Source: Candidatus Azotimanducaceae bacterium (GTDB lineage: Bacteria; Pseudomonadota; Gammaproteobacteria; Pseudomonadales; Azotimanducaceae). Taken from it: 64,000 nt of DNA. The notes beneath the pieces are model-generated. The model worked only from the letters and a program-made list of their open reading frames with translations. It did not search any database and had not been told where the DNA came from. A program made the translations under genes and the position numbers. Below are positions 1-9,053 of this stretch, in pieces (position 1 is the stretch's first letter; every line of letters begins with the position of its first letter). The stretch is taken from assembly GCA_965216005.1 (NCBI GenBank), contig OZ244143.1:4103947-4167946 (forward strand). Direction: 5' to 3'.

Positions 1-132
1 TAGGAATTCGGCTTTGAACTGATCGCCACCGCCGATATCGACGGGCACGATGTCGTATGGCAACCCGCATTCTTCCAGCATGATGGTGACCTTCCACCCG
101 TTCGGCGTCGGCCAGTAGTGCACGTCGATCAT
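1..132 (-). CDS. Glutathione S-transferase, N-terminal part (runs off the window start)
   Basis: Manual translation MIDVHYWPTPNGWKVTIMLEECGLPYDIVPVDIGGGDQFKAEFL has the YfcG/Ure2-like GST N-terminal signature (TPNG.K). A GGGAG RBS lies upstream. Not in the ORF track. Confidence 0.85.
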   Translation of the reverse strand, partial: MIDVHYWPTPNGWKVTIMLEECGLPYDIVPVDIGGGDQFKAEFL

Positions 133-232
133 CGTCACTCCCGCGTGAACATAAGTCGTGGCACAAAGCTTAATGCATTTTTTTCGGTTTGCGGTAGTTT
201 ACGAAAGGTGATGACGCAATGGGGAACGTGGG

Positions 233-1054
233 ATGCTGGAATTGACTGGACTAGAGGGCAAAGTAGCGGTGGTCACTGGTGCCGGACGCATGCGCAGTAT
301 CGGGCGACCAATTGCCGTGGCGTTGGCACGCGGAGGTTGCAGCATCGTGCTGACCGGAACGGGTCGGTCGCCGGAGAACTATCCTGACGACGAACAGCAA
401 GCCGGTTGGCGCGATATCGATTCTGTTGCCCAGGAAGTGCGTGACGCCGGAGGTGACGCATTGGAGGTGGTGAGCGACGTAGCCGATCCCGCTGCTGTCG
501 ATGCGTTGGTAGCGGCGACGCTGGATCGCTTCGACCGCGTGGACTTCATTGTCAACAACGCAGGAGCTGCACGAGGCAGCGATCGCGTGCCGGTCATCGA
601 TTTGACGGTGGAAGACTGGCTCAAGGTGATGAACGTGAATCTCAACGGGACGTTCTACATGAGCCGGGCGTTCGGTCGAGTGTTGAAAGAACGTGACCAG
701 GGTGGCGCCATCGTGAACATCAGTTCCATCGCCGGCAAAGCGCTGCCGCCCAACACAGCGGCCTACGCCGCAAGCAAAGCGGGCATTCAGGCGTTGACCG
801 CTTCCATGGCGCGCGAAATGGGGCGTTATCGGGTACGCGTGAATGCCATCTGTCCCGGGGTCATCGACACTTACCGCATGGACGACATAGGCCGCGGTGA
901 AGCGTGGACGCAGATGTTGAAACAAATCCCACTCGCGAGACCTGGCACCGGCGAAGACATTGCAGCGATGGTCGCATTTTTGTGCAGCAATGAAGGCAGT
1001 TGGATCACCGGTCAGGCATACAACGTGGACGGCGGTCATGTGGTACAGCATTGA
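233..1054 (+). CDS. Short-chain dehydrogenase/reductase
   Basis: VTGAG Rossmann motif, NNAG, YAASK catalytic motif. Confidence 0.92.
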   Translation: MLELTGLEGKVAVVTGAGRMRSIGRPIAVALARGGCSIVLTGTGRSPENYPDDEQQAGWRDIDSVAQEVRDAGGDALEVVSDVADPAAVDALVAATLDRFDRVDFIVNNAGAARGSDRVPVIDLTVEDWLKVMNVNLNGTFYMSRAFGRVLKERDQGGAIVNISSIAGKALPPNTAAYAASKAGIQALTASMAREMGRYRVRVNAICPGVIDTYRMDDIGRGEAWTQMLKQIPLARPGTGEDIAAMVAFLCSNEGSWITGQAYNVDGGHVVQH

Positions 1055-1094
1055 ACGTGCTAACCTCGCTCACGCTTGAGACGTGGGGGTGCGG

Positions 1095-1967
1095 ATGAGA
1101 CTAGAAGGGAAGGTCGCGGTGATCACGGGCGGCGCCAGCGGCATGGGTAAAGCGACGGTGTTGAAGTTTCTGGAGGAAGGCGCGCGTGTCGTGGTCGCCG
1201 ACTTCAATGCCGAAACGGGTGCCGAGACCGTGGCCGAAGCCGAGAAGAGCGGTTACGCGTCAGCCAATCGATTCATCAAGACCGACGTTGCCAGCGAGAC
1301 CGATATCGAGGCCATGATCGCTTGCGCCGTAAACCACTTCGGTCGAGTCGACATTGTGTTCAACAATGCCGGGGTCGGCGGGGCCATTGGCCCGTTGACC
1401 GAGACATCGGTGGCATCCTGGGACTACACGATGGACGTGCTGGCTAAGGGTGTGTTCTTAGGGATCAAGCACGCCGCGCGTGCGATGCGCGTTCAAGGTG
1501 AGGGAGGATCGATCATCAACACCGCGTCGATCGCGGGATTGAGCGGAGATGCCGGTCCCATGATCTACTCTGCTGCCAAAGCAGCCGTGATCAGCCTGAG
1601 CCAATCCGCTGCCGTCGAACTGGCGCCGGACAAGATCAGGGTCAACGCCATCTGCCCGGGTTTCATTGCCACACCCTTGGCTGCCGGGGGCGATGTGGAG
1701 GACAGTTTTCGCGAGCGTTTCGCCACCTCACAACCCTGGCCCGAGTGTGGTGACGGGACGCACATTGCCGGTGCGGCTCTGTTTCTCGCCAGCGACGACG
1801 CCCGCTTCGTAACGGGTGAAAAAATCGTCGTGGACGGCGGTCTTACCGCTGCGGGACCCGAGCTGTCCAGGCGTTTCCCCCGGGCGTCAGCGCGCACCGC
1901 CCCGGTGACCGGCGTGACGAAAGGCAGCACGGGAGAAGCGCACGACGTCACGCGTCTTGACGCGTAA
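1095..1967 (+). CDS. Short-chain dehydrogenase/reductase
   Basis: TGGASGMG, NNAG, YSAAK. Start placed at the ATG of MRLEGK. Confidence 0.92.
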   Translation: MRLEGKVAVITGGASGMGKATVLKFLEEGARVVVADFNAETGAETVAEAEKSGYASANRFIKTDVASETDIEAMIACAVNHFGRVDIVFNNAGVGGAIGPLTETSVASWDYTMDVLAKGVFLGIKHAARAMRVQGEGGSIINTASIAGLSGDAGPMIYSAAKAAVISLSQSAAVELAPDKIRVNAICPGFIATPLAAGGDVEDSFRERFATSQPWPECGDGTHIAGAALFLASDDARFVTGEKIVVDGGLTAAGPELSRRFPRASARTAPVTGVTKGSTGEAHDVTRLDA

Positions 1968-1977
1968 GAAGAGCGCG

Positions 1978-2382
1978 TTAGGAGACAGCACGTAGGTGGC
2001 GTCGGTCGCGTCTGACTCGGCGCTCATGTTCCATGTACACGCGCGAGGGTAGGCCGTGATCGGAGTCGCGGCGCATATCCTGACGCCGGTCTTGATGGTA
2101 GCGATAGCGGCACTTACACGTTTTGGGATTGTCGCAGCCGCCGAGCGGCAGCGCCGGTGCGTGTGCGGCTAAGAATTTCTGCTCGGCGATGCGCCGGGCT
2201 GCCGGGCAGGGACTGAACGTATTGTAGATGGACACGGCCCGGTACTTCGACGGCACGGATTGAGGCCGCCCCTTCTGCACCCGCGTTTGTTTTTGTTTAC
2301 TTCGAACCGTGTTTTTGTCGGCACGCGAACCGCGACCGAAGAGTCGACTGAACCAGCTGATGACTGCTCTCCACGCCTGCAA
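1978..2382 (-). CDS. Hypothetical protein with Cys cluster and Arg-rich C-terminus
   Basis: 134-aa ORF filling the gap; CP..A..LPL.GC....C.C.Y pattern. Start uncertain. Confidence 0.65.
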   Translation of the reverse strand: MQAWRAVISWFSRLFGRGSRADKNTVRSKQKQTRVQKGRPQSVPSKYRAVSIYNTFSPCPAARRIAEQKFLAAHAPALPLGGCDNPKTCKCRYRYHQDRRQDMRRDSDHGLPSRVYMEHERRVRRDRRHLRAVS

Positions 2383-2464
2383 TAACTCCCCCAGGGTTAG
2401 GAATTATTGCGCAGTCTAGTGACTTTGTCTGTCACATTGATGACGTTTATAGCGCCCGTGCCCC

Positions 2465-4204
2465 TCATTCAGGGGGAGCGCAACGGGGTAGGTCGGAATT
2501 ATTGACAATTTTAATGACATTACTAGGTCGCCAGCCATAGCGAACGGCGCGAAATTCGAGTCCTTGGGGCGTATCGAGGGTGACTGGATCCGTCATCAGG
2601 CGCCATCGCTCCGCGGTGCCGGCGGCGCGAACGCCAACAGACACGGTCCCCGTAACTCCGATCCGCGGTGGGTCCCCATCACCACGGAGATCGTGCCGGC
2701 AGAGCATGGGGGCGGGCGTGACCGGGACGCGGCCGTTGTCCAAATACTGCGCCCGTAGGCTTGCTTCAGGCGTTTCGCTGGTATCGCCGACGCGCGTCTG
2801 AAACCGCTCGAGCGCACGGCGCAGGCGCTGGAGGTGGGCGGCATGGGACACCTTACCGGCCAGATTGTCGATCTCGTGAGGGTCCGTTTGCGTATCGAAC
2901 AGACGCTCAGCGCCCTGCGGTTGGAACCAGCGCGCTTGCAGGCCAGTCAACTCCCCGTCTTCAAAGAGGGTTCGCCAGATGCGCACCATGTCCAGATTGT
3001 CTCTGTAGTCGAGTGGATGACCTGCCGCCAGGTCGGCGCGATAACTTTTGATGTACTTGTAGCGCGCGTCGCGCACGGCACGCTGACGATCGGGCACTTC
3101 GTCGATGCGGTCGCGCGAGGCAAAAACGTACTCGCGGGGTGCCGCCGTGAGCATGGAGCGACCGTGCAAGTAGGCCGGGGGCGCAACACCGGCCAGTTCC
3201 AGGATAGTCGGCGCAAGATCGACAAAACTCACCAGGCGCTCATCGACGGTGCCGGCGTTCTGCGCGTCGCCGGGATGATGTAACAACAAAGGCACATGGA
3301 TCCCGGAATCATAAAGTTCGCGTTTAGCGCGCGGCAATCCGTCGCCGTGATCGCTGGTCCAGATCACCACGGTGTCGTTCGCCAGACCATCCTGCCGCAA
3401 AGCCTCGAGGATACGTCCCACGCGCGCGTCCATGGCCGCGATGTTGTCGTAGTGGCGCGCAATGTCGCGCCGCACTTCGGGTACGTCGGGATAATACGGC
3501 GGTAGCTCGATGACGGCAGGTGCGGTCACCTTTGGGGCCATCAACCCCGCCGAGGCACGCATTCTTTGAGTCGCCCGGTGCGACTCACTGTGTGCGGGGC
3601 CGTCGGGACGCATCACACCGCTCTCGTGGGTCTCTAGAAAATTGATCATGCCGAAGAAGGGCTGATCCTGGGCCCGCTGTCGCCACGCGGTATCTCCGGC
3701 CCCGTCGATGTCCCAGATGGTGAAGGGTCCGGAACCGGCACGGATGCCACTGAATTGGTAGTCGAGCTTGCTGTCGGTAAACGTGAAATACCCAGCCGCT
3801 CTCAGGAGTTCCGGAAAGGCACGCACGTCGCTCGGCGGTTGCGCATAGTACTCACCCAGCGGACCTGTCGACGCGCGCATGTGCTGGGCGCCGAAGCTGA
3901 TCTGGTGCAGACCGGTGATCAGCGCGGCACGACTCGGTGCGCACACACCGGCGGTGGTGAAGACGTTGGTGAACCTTACCGAGCGGCCAGCGAGCGCATC
4001 CAGGTTGGGCGTCTGCGCCACTCTATCGCCGTACGCACCCAGTCGAGGACTTAAGTCTTCCGCGACGAGCAGTAAAACGTTGGGTCTGGGTGACGCCTTG
4101 CTGTTTGTAACCGGTGGCGCGGCGACCCGCGCATCTTCGAGCGCACAGGCACTACAGATCAGCATCAAGCAGCTAATACCCAGTGCAGTGCGCAATGGGG
4201 CCAT
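2465..4204 (-). CDS. Cys-type sulfatase, probable lipoprotein
   Basis: CAPSR formylglycine motif and SDHG. N-terminus MAPLRTALGISCLMLICSAC resembles a lipoprotein signal. Start trimmed from the track ORF. Confidence 0.92.
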   Translation of the reverse strand: MAPLRTALGISCLMLICSACALEDARVAAPPVTNSKASPRPNVLLLVAEDLSPRLGAYGDRVAQTPNLDALAGRSVRFTNVFTTAGVCAPSRAALITGLHQISFGAQHMRASTGPLGEYYAQPPSDVRAFPELLRAAGYFTFTDSKLDYQFSGIRAGSGPFTIWDIDGAGDTAWRQRAQDQPFFGMINFLETHESGVMRPDGPAHSESHRATQRMRASAGLMAPKVTAPAVIELPPYYPDVPEVRRDIARHYDNIAAMDARVGRILEALRQDGLANDTVVIWTSDHGDGLPRAKRELYDSGIHVPLLLHHPGDAQNAGTVDERLVSFVDLAPTILELAGVAPPAYLHGRSMLTAAPREYVFASRDRIDEVPDRQRAVRDARYKYIKSYRADLAAGHPLDYRDNLDMVRIWRTLFEDGELTGLQARWFQPQGAERLFDTQTDPHEIDNLAGKVSHAAHLQRLRRALERFQTRVGDTSETPEASLRAQYLDNGRVPVTPAPMLCRHDLRGDGDPPRIGVTGTVSVGVRAAGTAERWRLMTDPVTLDTPQGLEFRAVRYGWRPSNVIKIVNNSDLPRCAPPE

Positions 4205-4206
4205 GA

Positions 4207-6021
4207 TTACAGATACAGTTCCGCGAGAACGAAGCTCAGTGTAATCCACATGATCAGCGTCAGCGGCACGCCGACACGAACGAACTCCCCGAAGGAGTAG
4301 TTGCCCGCGCTCATGACGAGCAGGTTGGTTTTGTAGGCCATGGGCGTGGCATAGCTCATGTTGGCACCGAACAGCACGGCCAGCACAAAAGGCTCGGGCG
4401 CAAGATTCAGATGTGCTGCGATGCCGATTGCAATGGGGGTGCCGATGACGGCTGCAGCGTTGTTGGACACCACGTTGGTGAGAATGGCCAGCAGCAGCAT
4501 GAGTGCCGAGAGCACCACGAAAGGGCTGGACCCGGAGGTGGCGTAGAGAAACAACTGTGTCAGGTATTCGGTGGCCCCGGTCACCTGCAGGGCCAGTCCG
4601 AGCGCCAAACTCGCCGCCACCACGAAATAGACGGACGGACTGATGGCGCGAATGGCGGCACCCAGGTTCAAGCAGCGGGTGACCAGCATGAGCGCGCATC
4701 CCGCCACTGCCGAGATTGCGATGGGCATGAGGCCGGTGGCTGCCAAGGCTACGACACCGGTCAGGATGCCGAGGGCGAGGGTGGCCTTTGCCGACGAGGG
4801 TAGATCCACACTGCTGTCGAGGACCAGAAACTCGGTCGATTGCTTGAGTTTGCTCAATTGGTCGCGCGGACCCTGCACCAGCAACACATCACCCGGTTGC
4901 AGGATGACTTCGTAAATCTCCTCTTTGGGCCGCCACACGTCCTTACCGGCACGGTGCAAAGCGATCACCGCGAGTTGATACGACTCCAGGAAACGTGCAT
5001 AAGCGAGGTTGGCGCGATCCAGTGTCGAGCCCTGCACGACGGCGATCTCCGCCAGCGTTTGGTTGTCCGCAGACAGCGGGTGGCTGTCGTCCACGCGCGT
5101 ATCGTCCGAGTAGAGTTCACCTTTCAGCACGTCTTCGTAGAGTTTCAAGTTGCTGGGAGTGTCGCGCAATCTAAGCCGATCGCCTTCCTTCAGCACAACG
5201 TCGGGGAGGGGCATGACCACCGCTCCGCCCCGGCGAATACGCACGATCGGCAACTCACCGCCGACGAGGGCGATGGTTTCTGCGAGGGTTTTGCCGACAG
5301 CGACAGATTCCGGACCGAGTAGAAGGCGCGCTTCGAACAATCGGGGACTTGCATCCGAAAGTTTCGAAGCCCTATCCGGTAACAGACGGGGTGCGATCAG
5401 CCACAGATACAGGATCGCCACGGAGCCGGCGATGACGGCGGGAATGGCGAAGTCGAACAGACCGAACTTCTTCAAGCCGAGATCCGCGGCCACGTTGACG
5501 ACCAGCAGGTTGGTCGATGTGCCGATGGTGGTCGCCATGCCCCCGACCAGGGTAGCGAAACCCATCGGCATCAGCACACGGGAGGGAGAACTGTTGTTCT
5601 GCAGGCACACACTGATGAGGATGGGCAACAGCAGAACGACAATGGGCGTATTGTTGACGAAGGCCGACAGCACAGCGCCGACGATGAGCGTCAGCAGCAA
5701 GGAAAGAAACGGCGCGCGTTTCCAGATCTTACCGAGGATCCGACCGACGGGCTCCAGCGCCCCGGTGCGGACCAAACCCTGGCCGAGCACCATGAGCGCG
5801 CAAACGGCGATCAACGCTTCGTGCGCGAAGCCGAAAAAGAGATCGATGGGATCGAAGTCGGCGTAAGGGAAAATCGCAAACACGACGACCAACAAGACCA
5901 GCAGCGACAGGGATGTGATTTCCAGCATCCAGCGGTCTTTGGCGAACAGATACAAAGCTACGACGGTGGTCGCCAGCATCGCCAGGGCGTGCAGGTTGGG
6001 TAGTTCCGGAAAGCTAGTCAT
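4207..6021 (-). CDS. SLC13/DASS family permease with TrkA-C domains
   Basis: SAFVNNTP, GTSTNL, NVVSNNAAA and TPMAYKTN motifs; many TM segments. Confidence 0.9.
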   Translation of the reverse strand: MTSFPELPNLHALAMLATTVVALYLFAKDRWMLEITSLSLLVLLVVVFAIFPYADFDPIDLFFGFAHEALIAVCALMVLGQGLVRTGALEPVGRILGKIWKRAPFLSLLLTLIVGAVLSAFVNNTPIVVLLLPILISVCLQNNSSPSRVLMPMGFATLVGGMATTIGTSTNLLVVNVAADLGLKKFGLFDFAIPAVIAGSVAILYLWLIAPRLLPDRASKLSDASPRLFEARLLLGPESVAVGKTLAETIALVGGELPIVRIRRGGAVVMPLPDVVLKEGDRLRLRDTPSNLKLYEDVLKGELYSDDTRVDDSHPLSADNQTLAEIAVVQGSTLDRANLAYARFLESYQLAVIALHRAGKDVWRPKEEIYEVILQPGDVLLVQGPRDQLSKLKQSTEFLVLDSSVDLPSSAKATLALGILTGVVALAATGLMPIAISAVAGCALMLVTRCLNLGAAIRAISPSVYFVVAASLALGLALQVTGATEYLTQLFLYATSGSSPFVVLSALMLLLAILTNVVSNNAAAVIGTPIAIGIAAHLNLAPEPFVLAVLFGANMSYATPMAYKTNLLVMSAGNYSFGEFVRVGVPLTLIMWITLSFVLAELYL

Positions 6022-7054
6022 CGGCGTTGTCGAACTTCGTGACGATGTCGCGCAGGGATTCGAGTTGGTGCTCCCTCCAGGCAATTTCCAGGCGATTGGA
6101 ATCTTCCCGGCCGTCCTCGACGTTTTGTGCTTGTTTCAACGACTTGATTTCGGCTTCGAGCGTCACACACTGTTCACGAAAGCGTTCTATGCGCGCTGCA
6201 AGCTCGGCTTTGTCGAACATCATGCGTTCGGCTTTACCGGAATCGTTGTCGCGTTCGGGTGTGAGATCGCGCTTGGGGATCGCTTCCCACTGGGGCTCGA
6301 CCGGACGCTGGTTCATGATGGTGGGCGTCATGACCTCGATGCCATTGCGGTGCAGTGCGTCGAGAACATTCGCTTTCAGATCACTGCGTTTACTGACAAT
6401 GGTGCCAACGTCCTCCAGGAATCCGGTAATTCGATACGTCACCGCATAGTTGCCGATCTCGACGATGTGCACGAACGCATCGGTCAATTCGGTGTCTTCT
6501 GCGGCCGACAGCAGTTGGTCGCGAACGCGGCGGCGGTGTACGTCGAAACCAATGCCGACTTCGGCCGAGATCAGTGTGCCTGATTGATCGACCACCTGCA
6601 CCGGATTGGTAATGACGAACAGGTTAGGCAGATTAACCATGTCCCGGTCTTCGCTTTGCAACTCGGTATGCAACAGGGCTTTTTCCGTGACTCTGCCGAA
6701 GTGGCCGGCGACCCGAATGAAGTCGCCGGTATGAAAAATGCCCATGGCTTTCAGCATGAGACCGGCCATCGCGTTGGCGACAAAAGTCGTCGACGATAGC
6801 GCAATCACGGCAGTCAAAACCAGACCGAAGAGGCTCAGGAGTTGTTCCTGGGTTTGATCGGCGAACGGCAACACCAACACCAGCACGATCATGGCGACGA
6901 CGAACAAGCCAATGTAGGCGAGCTGTCGGTACAAGCGATTGTTGGGTTGATTGGCGAAAGTTTTACCGATGAGCCAATAGACGGCAATCGTGACGATCAA
7001 CGTCACGACGAGCGGTGTCCCCCAGGAAAAGAGATTCGGTAACAAGGCCTCCAT
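6014..7054 (-). CDS. Mechanosensitive ion channel (MscS family)
   Basis: Three N-terminal TMs, GDFIRV..HFGRV motif, C-terminal coiled-coil-like extension. Confidence 0.85.
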   Translation of the reverse strand: MEALLPNLFSWGTPLVVTLIVTIAVYWLIGKTFANQPNNRLYRQLAYIGLFVVAMIVLVLVLPFADQTQEQLLSLFGLVLTAVIALSSTTFVANAMAGLMLKAMGIFHTGDFIRVAGHFGRVTEKALLHTELQSEDRDMVNLPNLFVITNPVQVVDQSGTLISAEVGIGFDVHRRRVRDQLLSAAEDTELTDAFVHIVEIGNYAVTYRITGFLEDVGTIVSKRSDLKANVLDALHRNGIEVMTPTIMNQRPVEPQWEAIPKRDLTPERDNDSGKAERMMFDKAELAARIERFREQCVTLEAEIKSLKQAQNVEDGREDSNRLEIAWREHQLESLRDIVTKFDNADD

Positions 7055-7172
7055 TGGCCGCATTGTACAGCCCCTTCCGAACAAACGTCATACAAACGCC
7101 GGGCTTGCGTACGCGGGACAGTCTGATAGATTGCCGCGGTTTATCGATCCATTATCAGGACATGACGCCCTC

Positions 7173-9035
7173 ATGACTCAGTTCGAGCACAGCGGCGACG
7201 CCGCCGATCAAGACGATCTTTACAAGGTGCGTCATAGCTTGGCCCACGTTTTGGCGCAAGCCGTGCTGGAGATGCGTCCTGGGAGCACGCTGGGTTTCGG
7301 ACCCCCGATCAGCGATGGGTTCTACTATGACTTCATTCTGAGCGAGCCGATCACCGAGGAAGACTTTCCCGAACTCGAGCGGCGCATGAAGAAGATATGC
7401 AAGAAAGGACAGCGCTTCGATTTCGAAGAGCTACCCGCCGACGCTGCGCTGGCGCGTATCGAAGAAATGGGAGAGCCCTACAAGAGAGAGTACGGTGCCG
7501 AACTGATCGAGAAGCACGGCCTGGACTCGCTGTCATTTTACCGTAACGGTCCTTTCGTCGACATGTGTGAGGGGCCGCACGTGACCACGACCAAGGACAT
7601 TCCGCGCGATGCGTTCAAGTTGCGCAGCGTGGCGGGCGCATACTGGCGGGGTAACTCGGACAACGTCATGATGACGCGCATCTACGCGTGGGCGTTCCTC
7701 GACAAAGCGCAGTTGGATACGCACATCAAAGCCTATGAAGAGGCTCTGGCGCGCGATCACAAGAAGCTTGGGCGCGAGCTCGGCATCTTCACGATCGATC
7801 AGGACGTGGGCAAAGGTCTACCGCTGTGGCTGCCTAACGGCACGGTGGTGCGTGACGAACTGGAAAAGCTGGCGAAAGAACTCGAATTCAAAGCAGGGTT
7901 TCAGCGGGTCGCGACACCGCACCTGGCGAAGGAGTCCATGTACCACACTACCGGCCACCTGCCGTACTACGCCGACGACATGTATCCGTCGATGACGCTG
8001 TACGAAACCGTGGACGAGGCTGCGGGTGAGGCTGCGTCGAGCACTGAGCGGGTCAAGGAAGCTTACCGGCTGCGTCCGATGAACTGCCCACACCATCACA
8101 AAGTGTTCGCCGCACAGCCACGCAGCTACCGTGATTTGCCGTTGCGCCTGGCGGAGTACGGACAAGTCTACCGTTTCGAAGATTCGGGTGCGGTCAGCGG
8201 CCTGTTGCGGGTGCGGGGCATGGCGATGAACGACGCGCACATCTACTGTACCCAGGAGCAGATCAAGGACGAATTCAAATCCGTGATCGATATGTCCACG
8301 CAAGCCTACCGCATACTTGGGATAGACGATTTTCGTATTCGTCTTTCGCGTTGGGATCCCGAGGATCCCAAAGGTAAAGATAAATATGTGGACAACCCCG
8401 CCGCGTGGGACGCTTCCGAGACCCTGTTAGCTGAAGTGCTCGCCGAGATGCAGATCGACTATGAGGAAGGGGTCGGGGAGGCCGCCTTTTACGGACCCAA
8501 ACTCGACTTTCAGTTCGTCACGGTCACCGGGCGCGAGGAAAGCGTTTCGACGGTGCAACTGGATTTCGCGCAACCTGCGCGCATGGGGCTGAAATACGTG
8601 GGCGCAGACGGAGCGGAACACACGCCCTACTGCATTCACCGGGCGCCGTTCAGCACTCACGAGCGTTTTGTTGCGTTTCTGCTCGAACACTATGCGGGGG
8701 CTTTCCCGACGTGGCTGGCGCCTATTCAAGTGCAACTGCTGACCGTTTCGGATCAGTACGACGACTACGCCAACGACTTGGTGGCACGCCTGCGCGCCAA
8801 CATGGTGCGTGCGGAACTTGCTCCGTCCAACGACACGTTGCCGAAGAAAATCCGTCAAGGGACCACGCAAAAAATCCCCAATTTGCTCATCGTAGGCGAA
8901 CGTGAAGTGGCGGAGGGTACCGTGACCTTAAGGCGTTATGGACATCGCGATCAGCACACGATGGATGCGGCGAGTTTCGAGGCGGCCCTGACTAAGACGA
9001 TCGCGGCGCGCAGTCTCGAGTTTCAGTTACCCTGA
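7173..9035 (+). CDS. thrS: Threonine--tRNA ligase (short form lacking the N-terminal TGS domain)
   Basis: HSLAH and CEGPH editing motifs, RDHKKLG, PMNC, FYGPKLD, anticodon-binding domain. Confidence 0.96.
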   Translation: MTQFEHSGDAADQDDLYKVRHSLAHVLAQAVLEMRPGSTLGFGPPISDGFYYDFILSEPITEEDFPELERRMKKICKKGQRFDFEELPADAALARIEEMGEPYKREYGAELIEKHGLDSLSFYRNGPFVDMCEGPHVTTTKDIPRDAFKLRSVAGAYWRGNSDNVMMTRIYAWAFLDKAQLDTHIKAYEEALARDHKKLGRELGIFTIDQDVGKGLPLWLPNGTVVRDELEKLAKELEFKAGFQRVATPHLAKESMYHTTGHLPYYADDMYPSMTLYETVDEAAGEAASSTERVKEAYRLRPMNCPHHHKVFAAQPRSYRDLPLRLAEYGQVYRFEDSGAVSGLLRVRGMAMNDAHIYCTQEQIKDEFKSVIDMSTQAYRILGIDDFRIRLSRWDPEDPKGKDKYVDNPAAWDASETLLAEVLAEMQIDYEEGVGEAAFYGPKLDFQFVTVTGREESVSTVQLDFAQPARMGLKYVGADGAEHTPYCIHRAPFSTHERFVAFLLEHYAGAFPTWLAPIQVQLLTVSDQYDDYANDLVARLRANMVRAELAPSNDTLPKKIRQGTTQKIPNLLIVGEREVAEGTVTLRRYGHRDQHTMDAASFEAALTKTIAARSLEFQLP

Positions 9036-9053
9036 ACCACCCTGTTTCCGTCG

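Noticed and set aside
251-1051. Long antisense and alternate-frame ORFs (also 40209-41063, 59195-60139, 35508-36131, 5150-5866)
   Set aside because: Shadows of well-supported genes in GC-rich DNA; no recognisable motifs.
4205-4699. N-terminal extension of the sulfatase ORF in the track
   Set aside because: It overlaps the SLC13 gene; the signal peptide places the start at 4204.
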